A stretch of 26,213 nt of DNA, taken from Planctomycetota bacterium (GTDB lineage: Bacteria > Planctomycetota > GCA-002687715 > DRQF01). A program made the position numbers and the translations under genes. The notes under the pieces are model-generated. The model searched no databases. It worked only from the letters and a program-made list of their open reading frames with translations, and had not been told where the DNA came from. The stretch is from positions 1 to 26,213 of the forward strand of contig JALTLO010000086.1 of NCBI GenBank assembly GCA_027001995.1, in the 5' to 3' direction. Shown in pieces: positions 1 through 7,542 of this stretch; within the stretch, counting starts at the first letter, position 1; each line of letters starts with the position of its first letter.

Positions 1-306
1 AGCCGGAGGATAGGGCAATCTTTGCCCATGAACCCAAGCCCAGAACCGCCTGGGGCCGTGGAGAGTTTTATCTTGATCTACCAGGGCAGGGAGCAAAGCT
101 TCTAAGACGCCACAGGCTAAGCCTTCCACTTGCACCTCATTCAAAGCTCCTTGAATGAGGCCACCACCGGTGGCTTCATCTAAGGCCTTCCAGCCTGTAG
201 CTCTATGGCTGGGTTGGCGCTCGAAGTTGCCCAAGCCGTCCTTCTCTTCGATCTTACGGCGCAGTTGGAAGATGAGGTCGCTGGTTATTTTCTTCGCTTC
301 GCTCAT
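1..306 (-). CDS. imuA: ImuA-like (inactive RecA/SulA-like) SOS mutagenesis protein, N-terminal part, truncated by the window edge
   Basis: Not in the ORF track. Manual translation from ATG 306 gives MSEAKKITSDLIFQLRRKIEEKDGLGNFERQPSHRATGWKALDEATGGGLIQGALNEVQVEGLACGVLEALLPAL...FWAWVHGQRLPYPPA. TGxxALDxxxGGGLxxGALxE and WV...PYPPA are typical ImuA motifs, and there is no intact Walker A. The start overlaps the lexA stop (ATGA, 303-306). Confidence 0.85.
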   Translation of the reverse strand, partial: MSEAKKITSDLIFQLRRKIEEKDGLGNFERQPSHRATGWKALDEATGGGLIQGALNEVQVEGLACGVLEALLPALVDQDKTLHGPRRFWAWVHGQRLPYPPA

Positions 307-935
307 GGGTGTTTGCCTAAGCCAAGACGAAGAAGACCAACGACTCGTCCTTCGATGTGAATATCTTGTTTTTTGGGATTGATGTGAATTTCTTCTAAAT
401 CATCGTTCGCTGGTTCTAAAATGACTGAGGAGCCCGAACGTCGCCATGTCTTCACTGTGACTTCGTCGTCTAAACGAACCACGGCAATGTCGCCATTCTT
501 GACACGGTTGGTTTTGGCCACGGCCACTAAATCTTGATCGCAGATACCGCGGTTGATCATGGAGGTGCCTCGAACCCGCAGTAGATAGTCGGCTTTGGGT
601 TTGAAAATCCTGGGAGAGACAGGCACCCTGCCTTCGACGTTCTCTTCAGCCAAAATGGGCTGGCCCGCAGCCACCTGCCCAATGATGAGGAGACTTTGGT
701 CAGATGGGCGTAAAGCATCAGGGATATCAAGAAGACGGATACTGCGGGCGATTCCATTCTCTCGACTGATCACACCCTTTTTGACCAACAGCCGCAGATG
801 TTCAGCAGCTCCATTAGCAGAGCGAAACCCCAAACCCTCAGCAATCTCCGACTGTGTGGGGGCGAACCCTTTGGCCTCAATGAACTTACGTAAGAAGTCC
901 ATCACGCGTTCTTGATTCTTTGTCAGCGGTCGCAT
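303..935 (-). CDS. lexA: SOS repressor LexA
   Basis: N-terminal winged HTH (PTQSEIAEGLGFRSANGAAEHL), VAAG autocleavage site, catalytic Ser (GTSM) and catalytic Lys (VTVKT). Confidence 0.97.
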   Translation of the reverse strand: MRPLTKNQERVMDFLRKFIEAKGFAPTQSEIAEGLGFRSANGAAEHLRLLVKKGVISRENGIARSIRLLDIPDALRPSDQSLLIIGQVAAGQPILAEENVEGRVPVSPRIFKPKADYLLRVRGTSMINRGICDQDLVAVAKTNRVKNGDIAVVRLDDEVTVKTWRRSGSSVILEPANDDLEEIHINPKKQDIHIEGRVVGLLRLGLGKHP

Positions 936-940
936 TTGAG

Positions 941-956
941 CTGTCCTTATTCACAT
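941..956. promoter_or_regulatory. Second, imperfect SOS box overlapping the lexA ribosome-binding site
   Basis: CTGT-CCTTATTC-ACAT has one mismatch and sits 1 bp from the first box. It contains the AAGGA SD on the minus strand. Confidence 0.55.
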
Positions 957-957
957 G

Positions 958-973
958 CTGTGGATAAAAACAG
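958..973. promoter_or_regulatory. LexA (SOS) box, E. coli-type CTGT-N8-ACAG
   Basis: CTGT-GGATAAAA-ACAG lies 22 bp upstream of the lexA ATG, with an AT-rich spacer. With flanks it reads TACTGTTTTTATCCACAGCA on the minus strand. Confidence 0.85.
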
Positions 974-1058
974 TACCTTGCTCCGGGGACAGAGCTCGGA
1001 AGGTCGCAGCGTACGAAGTTGAGTTACGCCATTTAGAAGCTAAGTCCACCACCGTATG

Positions 1059-1080
1059 GGGCAGTTATTGTGGGCTGCCC
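1059..1080. terminator. Short hairpin between the methyltransferase gene and the lexA promoter
   Basis: GGGCAG-N10-CTGCCC inverted repeat. It has no U-tract, so a terminator role is uncertain. Confidence 0.3.
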
Positions 1081-1111
1081 TCACTTGTGCAGGATAGTCT
1101 TTGTCGGCGTT

Positions 1112-1942
1112 TTAGATCTTCGTCCACTTGAGATAGCTCAAACAGTTGGTCTGTCCAGAACCCAGAAGGTCCGGCTTTGACTCCTCGATCTTGATGAGCC
1201 CTTGGGTCTGAAGCTGTTCCAACACTTGCCAGAGATTTCTGTTGTAATCATTTTTCTCGGCATAAGCGCTGCTGCTTCCAGCAAGACTCTTCCGTTGGAG
1301 ATGGTGCCTGAATTGCCAGCCCACCGGTTCAAGGTGAATCCCAGTAACTTTGTCGGCAAGCTCCAGAGTTTTGGCAATAGCCTCAACTGGCAACTGAGGG
1401 ATCTGTTCAATAGCTGTACAAGTATAGACGAGTGCGTGGCACCCTTTGGAACCAGCGGCAGAATAGTCCGGCTGGTAGAAATCGTAGGGTACACCCTTAA
1501 TTCTTAACTTGGGATCGAGTTCTCCCAGCCGATTCGTAGCTGTCCGGCCATTCTTCGTGTATTCAAAACCAAAGTAACGAGCATCCTTTGGGGCACCCCG
1601 CAGCCATAACTGAAACAGATACAGACCCCAGCCACTGCCCAATTCGGCTATGATATCGGTTTCGTCGGTCGTCGCAGCCATGAGAATTTCGGAAACGGAA
1701 CCATGGTAGGCCTCCCACATCGCAATCCGCGGAACCTGAACTTCCTTACCGTCATAGATTGTTGGCATCATTTCTGGACCTGCATGATTGCGAAAATCGC
1801 GAATCACTTGCCAAATCACACGGGATAGATCAGTTTCATGTTTGTCAATTGCCGATTCGATCACATCGGAGATGAGAGCAAATTTCTCGTCGTTGTACTC
1901 GCGCTCGATCCATTTCAAATCTCTAATGATTGTCTCAGTCAT
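1112..1942 (-). CDS. Class I SAM-dependent methyltransferase-like protein
   Basis: Motif I IAELGSGWG, acidic motif II YFGFEY, then YDFY, VYTCTAIEQI and HLEP. I moved the start to ATG 1942 (MTETII) because an AGGA SD lies at 1951-1954 and this removes the overlap with the upstream gene. Confidence 0.75.
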   Translation of the reverse strand: MTETIIRDLKWIEREYNDEKFALISDVIESAIDKHETDLSRVIWQVIRDFRNHAGPEMMPTIYDGKEVQVPRIAMWEAYHGSVSEILMAATTDETDIIAELGSGWGLYLFQLWLRGAPKDARYFGFEYTKNGRTATNRLGELDPKLRIKGVPYDFYQPDYSAAGSKGCHALVYTCTAIEQIPQLPVEAIAKTLELADKVTGIHLEPVGWQFRHHLQRKSLAGSSSAYAEKNDYNRNLWQVLEQLQTQGLIKIEESKPDLLGSGQTNCLSYLKWTKI

Positions 1943-1952
1943 TTCATCATTC

Positions 1953-2423
1953 CTATTTCTTTTCAAGAATTTCTTCCGCACCAAAGTGCTGGCGCGCTTG
2001 GTCGTTTTGCAACAGGTCGAGAATGTTCTCGAGAATCGCTGCGGTCAACGGCGCAAGTTGTAATGCTTGGGTAAAGCCGTTCAATGCCCCTTGGTCGTCA
2101 CCAACGCCGAAATGCGCCACACCGCAATCATTCAAATGGTCGGCTTTCTCCGCTCGGCTCATTTTAGTTGTTCCGCAAACTGATCTCATGACTTCCTCGG
2201 GCGTCGCCGCAGAGGAAAGGCGATTCCCAAGGGGCAGCTCGTAATTGTTGAGCAGGGAGGGGCATTCCACCAAACCGAATGCCAACCCACAAAAAGTCTG
2301 TTGAATGGTCTCATGGGGCCCATGACATTTTGAGCATGAGATGACCATGCCCAAACTGGTCATATGCATCCAGACATCCTGTATGCTCTGCAGATCAAGC
2401 TCTGGAGTTTGCTCCCAATCCAT
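1953..2423 (-). CDS. Small Cys-rich protein with a C-terminal TPR
   Basis: TPR consensus in ADHLNDCGVAHFGVGDDQGALNGFTQALQLAP. The N-terminal part carries CSKC...H..C...C. Likely start is ATG 2423 (MDWEQ); ATG 2450 is the alternative. Confidence 0.65.
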   Translation of the reverse strand: MDWEQTPELDLQSIQDVWMHMTSLGMVISCSKCHGPHETIQQTFCGLAFGLVECPSLLNNYELPLGNRLSSAATPEEVMRSVCGTTKMSRAEKADHLNDCGVAHFGVGDDQGALNGFTQALQLAPLTAAILENILDLLQNDQARQHFGAEEILEKK

Positions 2424-2462
2424 GCAATTCTCTTGTCGTGTAGAATACATCTTCGTGGATTT

Positions 2463-2491
2463 TTATCGGCGTCTCACACTTGGAGCTTAAG
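2463..2491 (-). promoter_or_regulatory. Sigma28 (FliA/SigD/WhiG)-type promoter
   Basis: The minus strand reads CTTAAG-N15-GCCGATAA. The -10 element GCCGATAA is perfect and the -35 is close to TAAAG. It sits just upstream of the TPR gene. Confidence 0.7.
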
Positions 2492-2600
2492 AGCAATGCA
2501 TGAAGACCCACGTTTTTGGGAGTTTTTTCGGTGACGCAACCACTGAATGGCTCACAGCCTTTGACTGACACAATTTTGCTTTGTGACGAAGTTTATCTAC

Positions 2601-2616
2601 GTTGGTGTCCACCAAC
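2601..2616. promoter_or_regulatory. Perfect 7-bp inverted repeat, possible operator
   Basis: GTTGGTG-TC-CACCAAC in the divergent intergenic region. Confidence 0.35.
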
Positions 2617-2917
2617 TCGGGGCAAGAGTACATCAGAAAACTTTTTCGGGAAAACTTGTCAGGGGCCCAAAAATCGAAAATATTCTAAGACTCCTCTTGC
2701 AAACTGCTTGTGAGACGAAGGGGTGAGCGAAGGCGTTCATTAAGCGAAGCATAACTTATTTTGGCGGTTTTTCGGCGTCTAAGTGCGGACTTGATCTGCA
2801 TGGATGTCTCTCGTGACGGCATTTCATCTCGACTACTTCGTCGGAAATGGAAGTTGGGAGGCGGCCTTGGAACTCCATCTCGTGTTTCATTTGGGCAACT
2901 TTATGTGGAGAAATTAG

Positions 2918-3295
2918 ATGCGTTTGACACTTTTCTTCGTAACGATCATAGCCATGAGAGCCGCTGCGAGTGCTCAGGTCACAGCGAGCTATAATGGGGG
3001 GGCGACGATTCAGCTGGCCGATTCGGCCGGAATACCCACGTCGCCGCCCGCAAACCTGGGTTTGACATCATTCACGTCAACTGGCATAAGCAACAGTACA
3101 GCCTGCCTGGTCATTGTTAGAGTTTGGTGCTACTCAACCAGCTCGGCCCCTAGGAAAATCGGCGAAGTTGGAATCCCGCCATTCGGAAAATGGAACCCCG
3201 GCATGGCGGTCCCGTTCTCATGTGACCCAGGTGAGACAATCGCCATTAGCTACGAAAAAGTCGGGGTCTATCCAGATACAGTGGTCGTCCTTTAA
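2918..3295 (+). CDS. Hypothetical small secreted beta-rich protein
   Basis: GGAG SD upstream and a Sec signal peptide MRLTLFFVTIIAMRAAASA|Q with an AxA site. The mature part has 3 Cys. It lies 22 bp upstream of the next gene. Confidence 0.7.
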   Translation: MRLTLFFVTIIAMRAAASAQVTASYNGGATIQLADSAGIPTSPPANLGLTSFTSTGISNSTACLVIVRVWCYSTSSAPRKIGEVGIPPFGKWNPGMAVPFSCDPGETIAISYEKVGVYPDTVVVL

Positions 3296-3317
3296 GTAAC
3301 ATCAGTGGGGGGCTTCA

Positions 3318-5684
3318 ATGAAATCTCGAACAGAAGTGTTTGTGTCAATAGTCATCGTGGTAGTTCTTGCGTTGTTCTGTTGGCTGTATGTGGGATTCTC
3401 TCAAGAAGACGACCAAAAGCTCGTAGGAAGCTCGAAGGCTGCGAGCGAGGCAACGAGCCCGCAGTCTTCTCTCGTACCACTGAACACTGAAGCACTGTCC
3501 AACAGGGAACGCCAATTCTCTCAGCCGGGCAAGTTGGCCGGATTTGTTGGCGACGCCGCGGATCATCCGATTTCGGGAGCTGCGGTTAGCATCATCAAAT
3601 CTCTGAGTCCGTCGATTTCAACTCCATCTCCAATCCTATCTGAAGTGGAAACGGATAGTCATGGGATGTTCTTTTTGGATAGATCAGCTCTCTCTTCGTT
3701 ACCAGATCTATTCATAATGGCCCGACATCCGGATCACGATCCTGTATTCAGGAGACTTAGCGATATATCCCGGAACGATGATCGTAATTCCCAATTCAAA
3801 CTAACCATGGAGACAGAGTCTTCGGTCGGGATTGTCGTTGATGCAGAAGGTCAACAGATTCTCAAGCCATTGGTGTCGTGGATCTTGTACACAGAGAATG
3901 ATCGGAACTCCAGTATCTTGAGGGTACAATGTGGCCCGCGCGTACACGGCGAATTTCAATGTTTGAATCGTCGCCGCAAGAATGTCGGAATTGAAATCAC
4001 GACACCTACATCCGGAACAATAGTCGACGAGAATCTGTTCGACAACGAACTTGACCGCGAGAATCGCATTGTCTTCTCAACTCCATCCGGGGCCGAACTA
4101 AGAGTTCGATTCGTGGCGTCAATCGGCGGTGAGTCCGTTTCTCAATTGCCGTTCCGTCTGCTGGATCCATCAGGTGGCATTTGGATGCTCGGAATGTCAA
4201 ATGAACAGGGCGAAGCCACTATCGCACGATACCCTTTTGCAAAACAGGCGAGAATCGAACTTCTTTCTGACGCATGGCACTTGTCAACGGTTGATGATCC
4301 AAGTGCGTTGAGACATTTGAATTTCCAGTTTCCGATCTGCTTGGGACAAGGAAGATCCATTGAAGTTTTTGTATCGAAGGGCTGCTCAATTTCGGGTGTG
4401 CTTGTTGACGGACAGACAAACATCCCACTACCTGGCGTGGCGATTCGGTGTGTATCGAACAGTGTCACTGGGTATCATAAGGGAGTGATAGGTACTACCA
4501 ATTCAGACGGAACTTTCGCGTTCACGAACGTTGCTGGAGGCTGGAGCTTCTTGTCTCTCGGGGATGGCGACTTTACGTTGGATGTTGATTCTATGTTGAA
4601 GGAATTTGAGCCAACACGGAGTGCCTTCCAAAGACAAAAGGAAGGGGCATCGAAAAATCGTCAATCTTTGCCGAAACACCGAGTACGCGTCGACAGGCAG
4701 TTTCGCCGCCTCATGATTTTCCTTAGTGATGCAGTACCAAGAGCCGACGTCGTCGTGAGGGCGCTCCCCTTGAGTATAGTCAGCGGATCAGTCACTCGAG
4801 AGGGCGATGCACCGGTAGGCAACCTTAGAATTGTCTTGGTTAAAGAGAATTCAGTATTTGGTCTAAACGCACGCCTGGCTTCCGTTTCGAGCACCCATGA
4901 CGCTGTTACCTCTCAGGACGGGCTATTCCAAATAAGACAAGTCCCACCTGGAAAATGGAAAGCTCTGTGCGAACCGAAATTCGGGCCATCGGCCGAAAGC
5001 GCCAGTTTTGACGTTGCCTCTGGCCACGACCGGGATTCCGTTAAGATTCACATTCCTTCGACAATGCCATACTACTTCACAGTTGCGGATCGTGACCATA
5101 TTCCGGTGAGTGGCGTGGGCATACGCATATTTCTGAGAGGAAGTGGAATTAACAGAACAACCACCGTTGTCGACGAGATTGAGACTAATGAACTTGGTGA
5201 AGCGATCTCGACGAAAATGACAATCGGGAACTATTTTGTTGAATTCTTCGTAACTTACATTCTTAGATTGACGACTTCACCTGGATTCGACGCTGGAATC
5301 CATGCAACCGAAACTGGTGATCGCCACAAGAATGTGGCCATGACCAAGGCATTCTATCTGATCGGTCGGGTACTCGACGACACTGATAAACCGATTGCCA
5401 AAGGATACGTTTCATTTGAACTCCTGACAGAGAACGGTCGATGGAGATCTCTCGAATACATTGAATGCAGAACGGATAATGATGGTCGTTTCAAGCGGGC
5501 GGTCAACACCTCGGGTGTCTTCAGGATTAAGATGGTATCTGTTCCTGGGCCCACTGGCACTCGAAATTTCTTTACTAATCAAGGTGACACAATCTCGCCT
5601 GGCATTCCAAACTACATATTCCATGCCAGTCAAAGAAAGCAGGGATCTTCAGAAGAATCTGTGGGGCCTCTTAAGCTCCGGTAG
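3318..5684 (+). CDS. Membrane-anchored protein with tandem carboxypeptidase-regulatory-like (prealbumin-fold) domains
   Basis: N-terminal TM helix (VFVSIVIVVVLALFCWLYV) followed by about 7 units of the type GxVxDxxxxPxxGxxV...TxxxGxF. Examples are GVLVDGQTNIPLPGVAI...TTNSDGTFAF, TSQDGLFQIRQVPPGKW and GRVLDDTDKPI...TDNDGRF. Confidence 0.8.
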   Translation: MKSRTEVFVSIVIVVVLALFCWLYVGFSQEDDQKLVGSSKAASEATSPQSSLVPLNTEALSNRERQFSQPGKLAGFVGDAADHPISGAAVSIIKSLSPSISTPSPILSEVETDSHGMFFLDRSALSSLPDLFIMARHPDHDPVFRRLSDISRNDDRNSQFKLTMETESSVGIVVDAEGQQILKPLVSWILYTENDRNSSILRVQCGPRVHGEFQCLNRRRKNVGIEITTPTSGTIVDENLFDNELDRENRIVFSTPSGAELRVRFVASIGGESVSQLPFRLLDPSGGIWMLGMSNEQGEATIARYPFAKQARIELLSDAWHLSTVDDPSALRHLNFQFPICLGQGRSIEVFVSKGCSISGVLVDGQTNIPLPGVAIRCVSNSVTGYHKGVIGTTNSDGTFAFTNVAGGWSFLSLGDGDFTLDVDSMLKEFEPTRSAFQRQKEGASKNRQSLPKHRVRVDRQFRRLMIFLSDAVPRADVVVRALPLSIVSGSVTREGDAPVGNLRIVLVKENSVFGLNARLASVSSTHDAVTSQDGLFQIRQVPPGKWKALCEPKFGPSAESASFDVASGHDRDSVKIHIPSTMPYYFTVADRDHIPVSGVGIRIFLRGSGINRTTTVVDEIETNELGEAISTKMTIGNYFVEFFVTYILRLTTSPGFDAGIHATETGDRHKNVAMTKAFYLIGRVLDDTDKPIAKGYVSFELLTENGRWRSLEYIECRTDNDGRFKRAVNTSGVFRIKMVSVPGPTGTRNFFTNQGDTISPGIPNYIFHASQRKQGSSEESVGPLKLR

Positions 5685-5855
5685 GTCTCCCATCGCGTGA
5701 TCGCGCGATTTCGGTGGCCGCAGCCGCAGCTGCCGTCAATTGGCCTTTGTCTGTGACATTGATTTTCCCCCAGTTTAGTAGATACGGAGAAAGGAGTATA
5801 TAGTGCTCCAGAAAGGTGGCCCGTTCCGCGGGGCAAGACTATAGGACTGAATGAA

Positions 5856-6905
5856 TCACAAAACACTGTACCACGTTGCTCGGGCTTTGCCGTGGCGTTT
5901 CACATGGCCACCGTTGACCAACTCCCGCAAGCGTACCTTAAGTGTGTTTTGATTGGCCCCTGTTTGCTCGACGATCTCGGCTATGGTCAAGCGATCGTTT
6001 TCTCTTAGCAATTCCATGATTTTCAAAGACAAAGTTGGCAAAGGTTTGTTGACGACGTTCTGACCCTGTTCGACTTTTTCTGCCAAGTTGTTCTTTTGCT
6101 TCCTTAGGCAGCGCAAGAAGAAACCGATCCAAGGTTCCCAGTCTGGATAATCCTGTTTGAGGGTTATCTGGGTGCGGCGCAAAGCTCTGTAATAGAGGTC
6201 TTTGTTTTCTTCGACCACGTTTTCGAGGGACGCGTAGGGGACATAATCATAGCCCGCGCGCAAGAGCATCAATGTCGTGAGGATACGAGATAACCTGCCG
6301 TTGCCATCTTGAAACGGATGGACGGCTAAGAATGCAACATTGAAGACCGTAATGATCAACAGGGGGTGCATGGATTGCTCAGCCATGGACTTGGTTGCCC
6401 ATTGAACCAATTGCTCCATTTCTCGAGGTGTATCGAAAGGGGTAGCGGTCTCGAAGACGACGCCGATTTCATTTCCCTGAGCATCACGAGCGACCACATG
6501 GTTCGGCTGCGTCTTATAGTCACCGCGATGCCGTTCATCTTTGTGGCTGTGGCGCAGTAAGATCTGATGCAATTGACGGATGTGATTCTCAGTGAGGTGA
6601 AGGTCTTCATGAGACTGAAAAACCAGATCCATGGCCTCGGCGTAGCCGGCGACTTCTTGTTCATCTCGTGTCTTGATTGACGTTGCTGTCAGGCCGGCTA
6701 ACAATGTTTCGACTTGGGCATCACTGAGTTTGGCCCCTTCTATCCGGGTAGAAGATCCCACACTCTCAATGGTGGCTACTTTGCGCAATTGTTGCAAACG
6801 ATCCGGGGACATGGTCTTGAACGAGAGCCATTGGCCTTTGAACTCGTCGAGCTCGGCAATGAGCTTGAGGATTTCTTGATCAACAGTGATTTTGGGTTGT
6901 TTCAT
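5856..6905 (-). CDS. Class II Fic (FIDO) AMPylase with C-terminal winged HTH
   Basis: Canonical HPFQDGNGRLSR motif, N-terminal inhibitory motif STRIEG ((S/T)xxxE(G/N)), C-terminal HTH (LTIAEIVEQTGANQNTLKVRLRELV...GKARATWY) and GAGG SD. Confidence 0.93.
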   Translation of the reverse strand: MKQPKITVDQEILKLIAELDEFKGQWLSFKTMSPDRLQQLRKVATIESVGSSTRIEGAKLSDAQVETLLAGLTATSIKTRDEQEVAGYAEAMDLVFQSHEDLHLTENHIRQLHQILLRHSHKDERHRGDYKTQPNHVVARDAQGNEIGVVFETATPFDTPREMEQLVQWATKSMAEQSMHPLLIITVFNVAFLAVHPFQDGNGRLSRILTTLMLLRAGYDYVPYASLENVVEENKDLYYRALRRTQITLKQDYPDWEPWIGFFLRCLRKQKNNLAEKVEQGQNVVNKPLPTLSLKIMELLRENDRLTIAEIVEQTGANQNTLKVRLRELVNGGHVKRHGKARATWYSVL

Positions 6906-6915
6906 TTAGACCTCA

Positions 6916-6957
6916 TATCCGATTGCCTACCCGATAATACCCGATAATACCCGATTT
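6916..6957. repeat. Tandem direct repeats TA(C/T)CCGAT upstream of the Fic gene
   Basis: Copies start at 6916 (TATCCGAT) and at 6928, 6938 and 6948 (TACCCGAT). The spacing is 12, 10 and 10 bp. Confidence 0.9.
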
Positions 6958-6961
6958 TCAA
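6934..6961 (-). promoter_or_regulatory. Sigma70-type promoter of the Fic gene
   Basis: Minus strand TTGAAA (6961-6956), N16, TATTAT (6939-6934). Confidence 0.55.
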
Positions 6962-7050
6962 GGGTTGGCGCTGACGCTCTCGATTCTCTCAACACAGCCA
7001 ACGGCATGGTCATGGGCACACCCCAATACATGTCCCCAGAGCAGGTCGAG
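6961..7050 (+). pseudogene. Relic of a Hanks-type Ser/Thr protein kinase (activation segment, subdomain VIII)
   Basis: Translates as RVGADALDSLNTANGMVMGTPQYMSPEQVE. There is no DFG upstream (in-frame TAG at 6907) and no DxW/YSxG downstream. Confidence 0.7.
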
Positions 7051-7442
7051 AACACTTCAATACAACCGGAAAAAACCAAGAAACCTGTCGAACAACCTGA
7101 TGAAGCCAGAAACGAAGGAACTCTCAATCGGTCTTTTTCTCTTCTTAAGACGCCATCTTGGGCCACTGTCAAGAAAGGTGGTGACCCTCAGAATGAATCT
7201 AAGGGTAAATACCGTTTGCTTCGGGGGGCTCTTGGGACAGCATTCCCAGGAGCTGCCGCCTCTCGGACCGCGACGCCGACGGTCCCACGGGCGAGGACGT
7301 CAACATTGGTTTTCGAGTTTCCAGTACACAAGAAAAAGCCAGAACTTCAATTCGTCGATGGGGCCAATTGGGGGTGAGCAAATTGAGTCCAGAGAAGAAG
7401 TCTGCAATTGAGCAAATCTCAGCTTGATCCAAATCACGGTGC

Positions 7443-7483
7443 GCCCCTTGCGGCCTTCCATGAGTTGGTGGGTGGCAAGGGGC
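7443..7483. terminator. Long stem-loop downstream of the aminopeptidase-like gene
   Basis: Perfect 9-bp arms GCCCCTTGC (7443-7451) and GCAAGGGGC (7475-7483), with further imperfect pairing inside. The U-tract is weak or absent. Confidence 0.45.
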
Positions 7484-7542
7484 TTCTCTATGGTCTATGG
7501 CTGTGTGGTCGGCGTGGCGTTATTCTTAGCAGCCCAATCTCC

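Noticed and set aside
973..984. Possible LexA2-type GTAC-N4-GTRC box
   Set aside because: GTAC is present but the second half-site is missing on both strands.
2324..2338. CSKCH in the TPR protein as a c-type heme-binding motif
   Set aside because: The protein has no signal peptide and c-type heme attachment is extracytoplasmic, so a metal-binding CxxC is more plausible.
5692..5735. Two GC-rich hairpins as an attC site or intrinsic terminator
   Set aside because: There are no RYYYAAC/GTTRRRY cores, the stems are short or rich in G-U pairs, and there is no clear U-tract.
6916..6957. Repeats as a CRISPR array or replication iterons
   Set aside because: The units are 10 bp with no spacers, and there is no cas or rep gene.
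7084..7120. Hammerhead-ribozyme-like words (GTC...CTGATGA...GAAAC)
   Set aside because: Stems I and II cannot form and stem III is marginal.
7143..7172. Minus-strand TTGACA as a promoter
   Set aside because: No acceptable -10 lies 16-18 bp away.
2500..7540. Accessory block as a defined mobile element
   Set aside because: I found no integrase, transposase, tRNA target or flanking direct repeats by eye.
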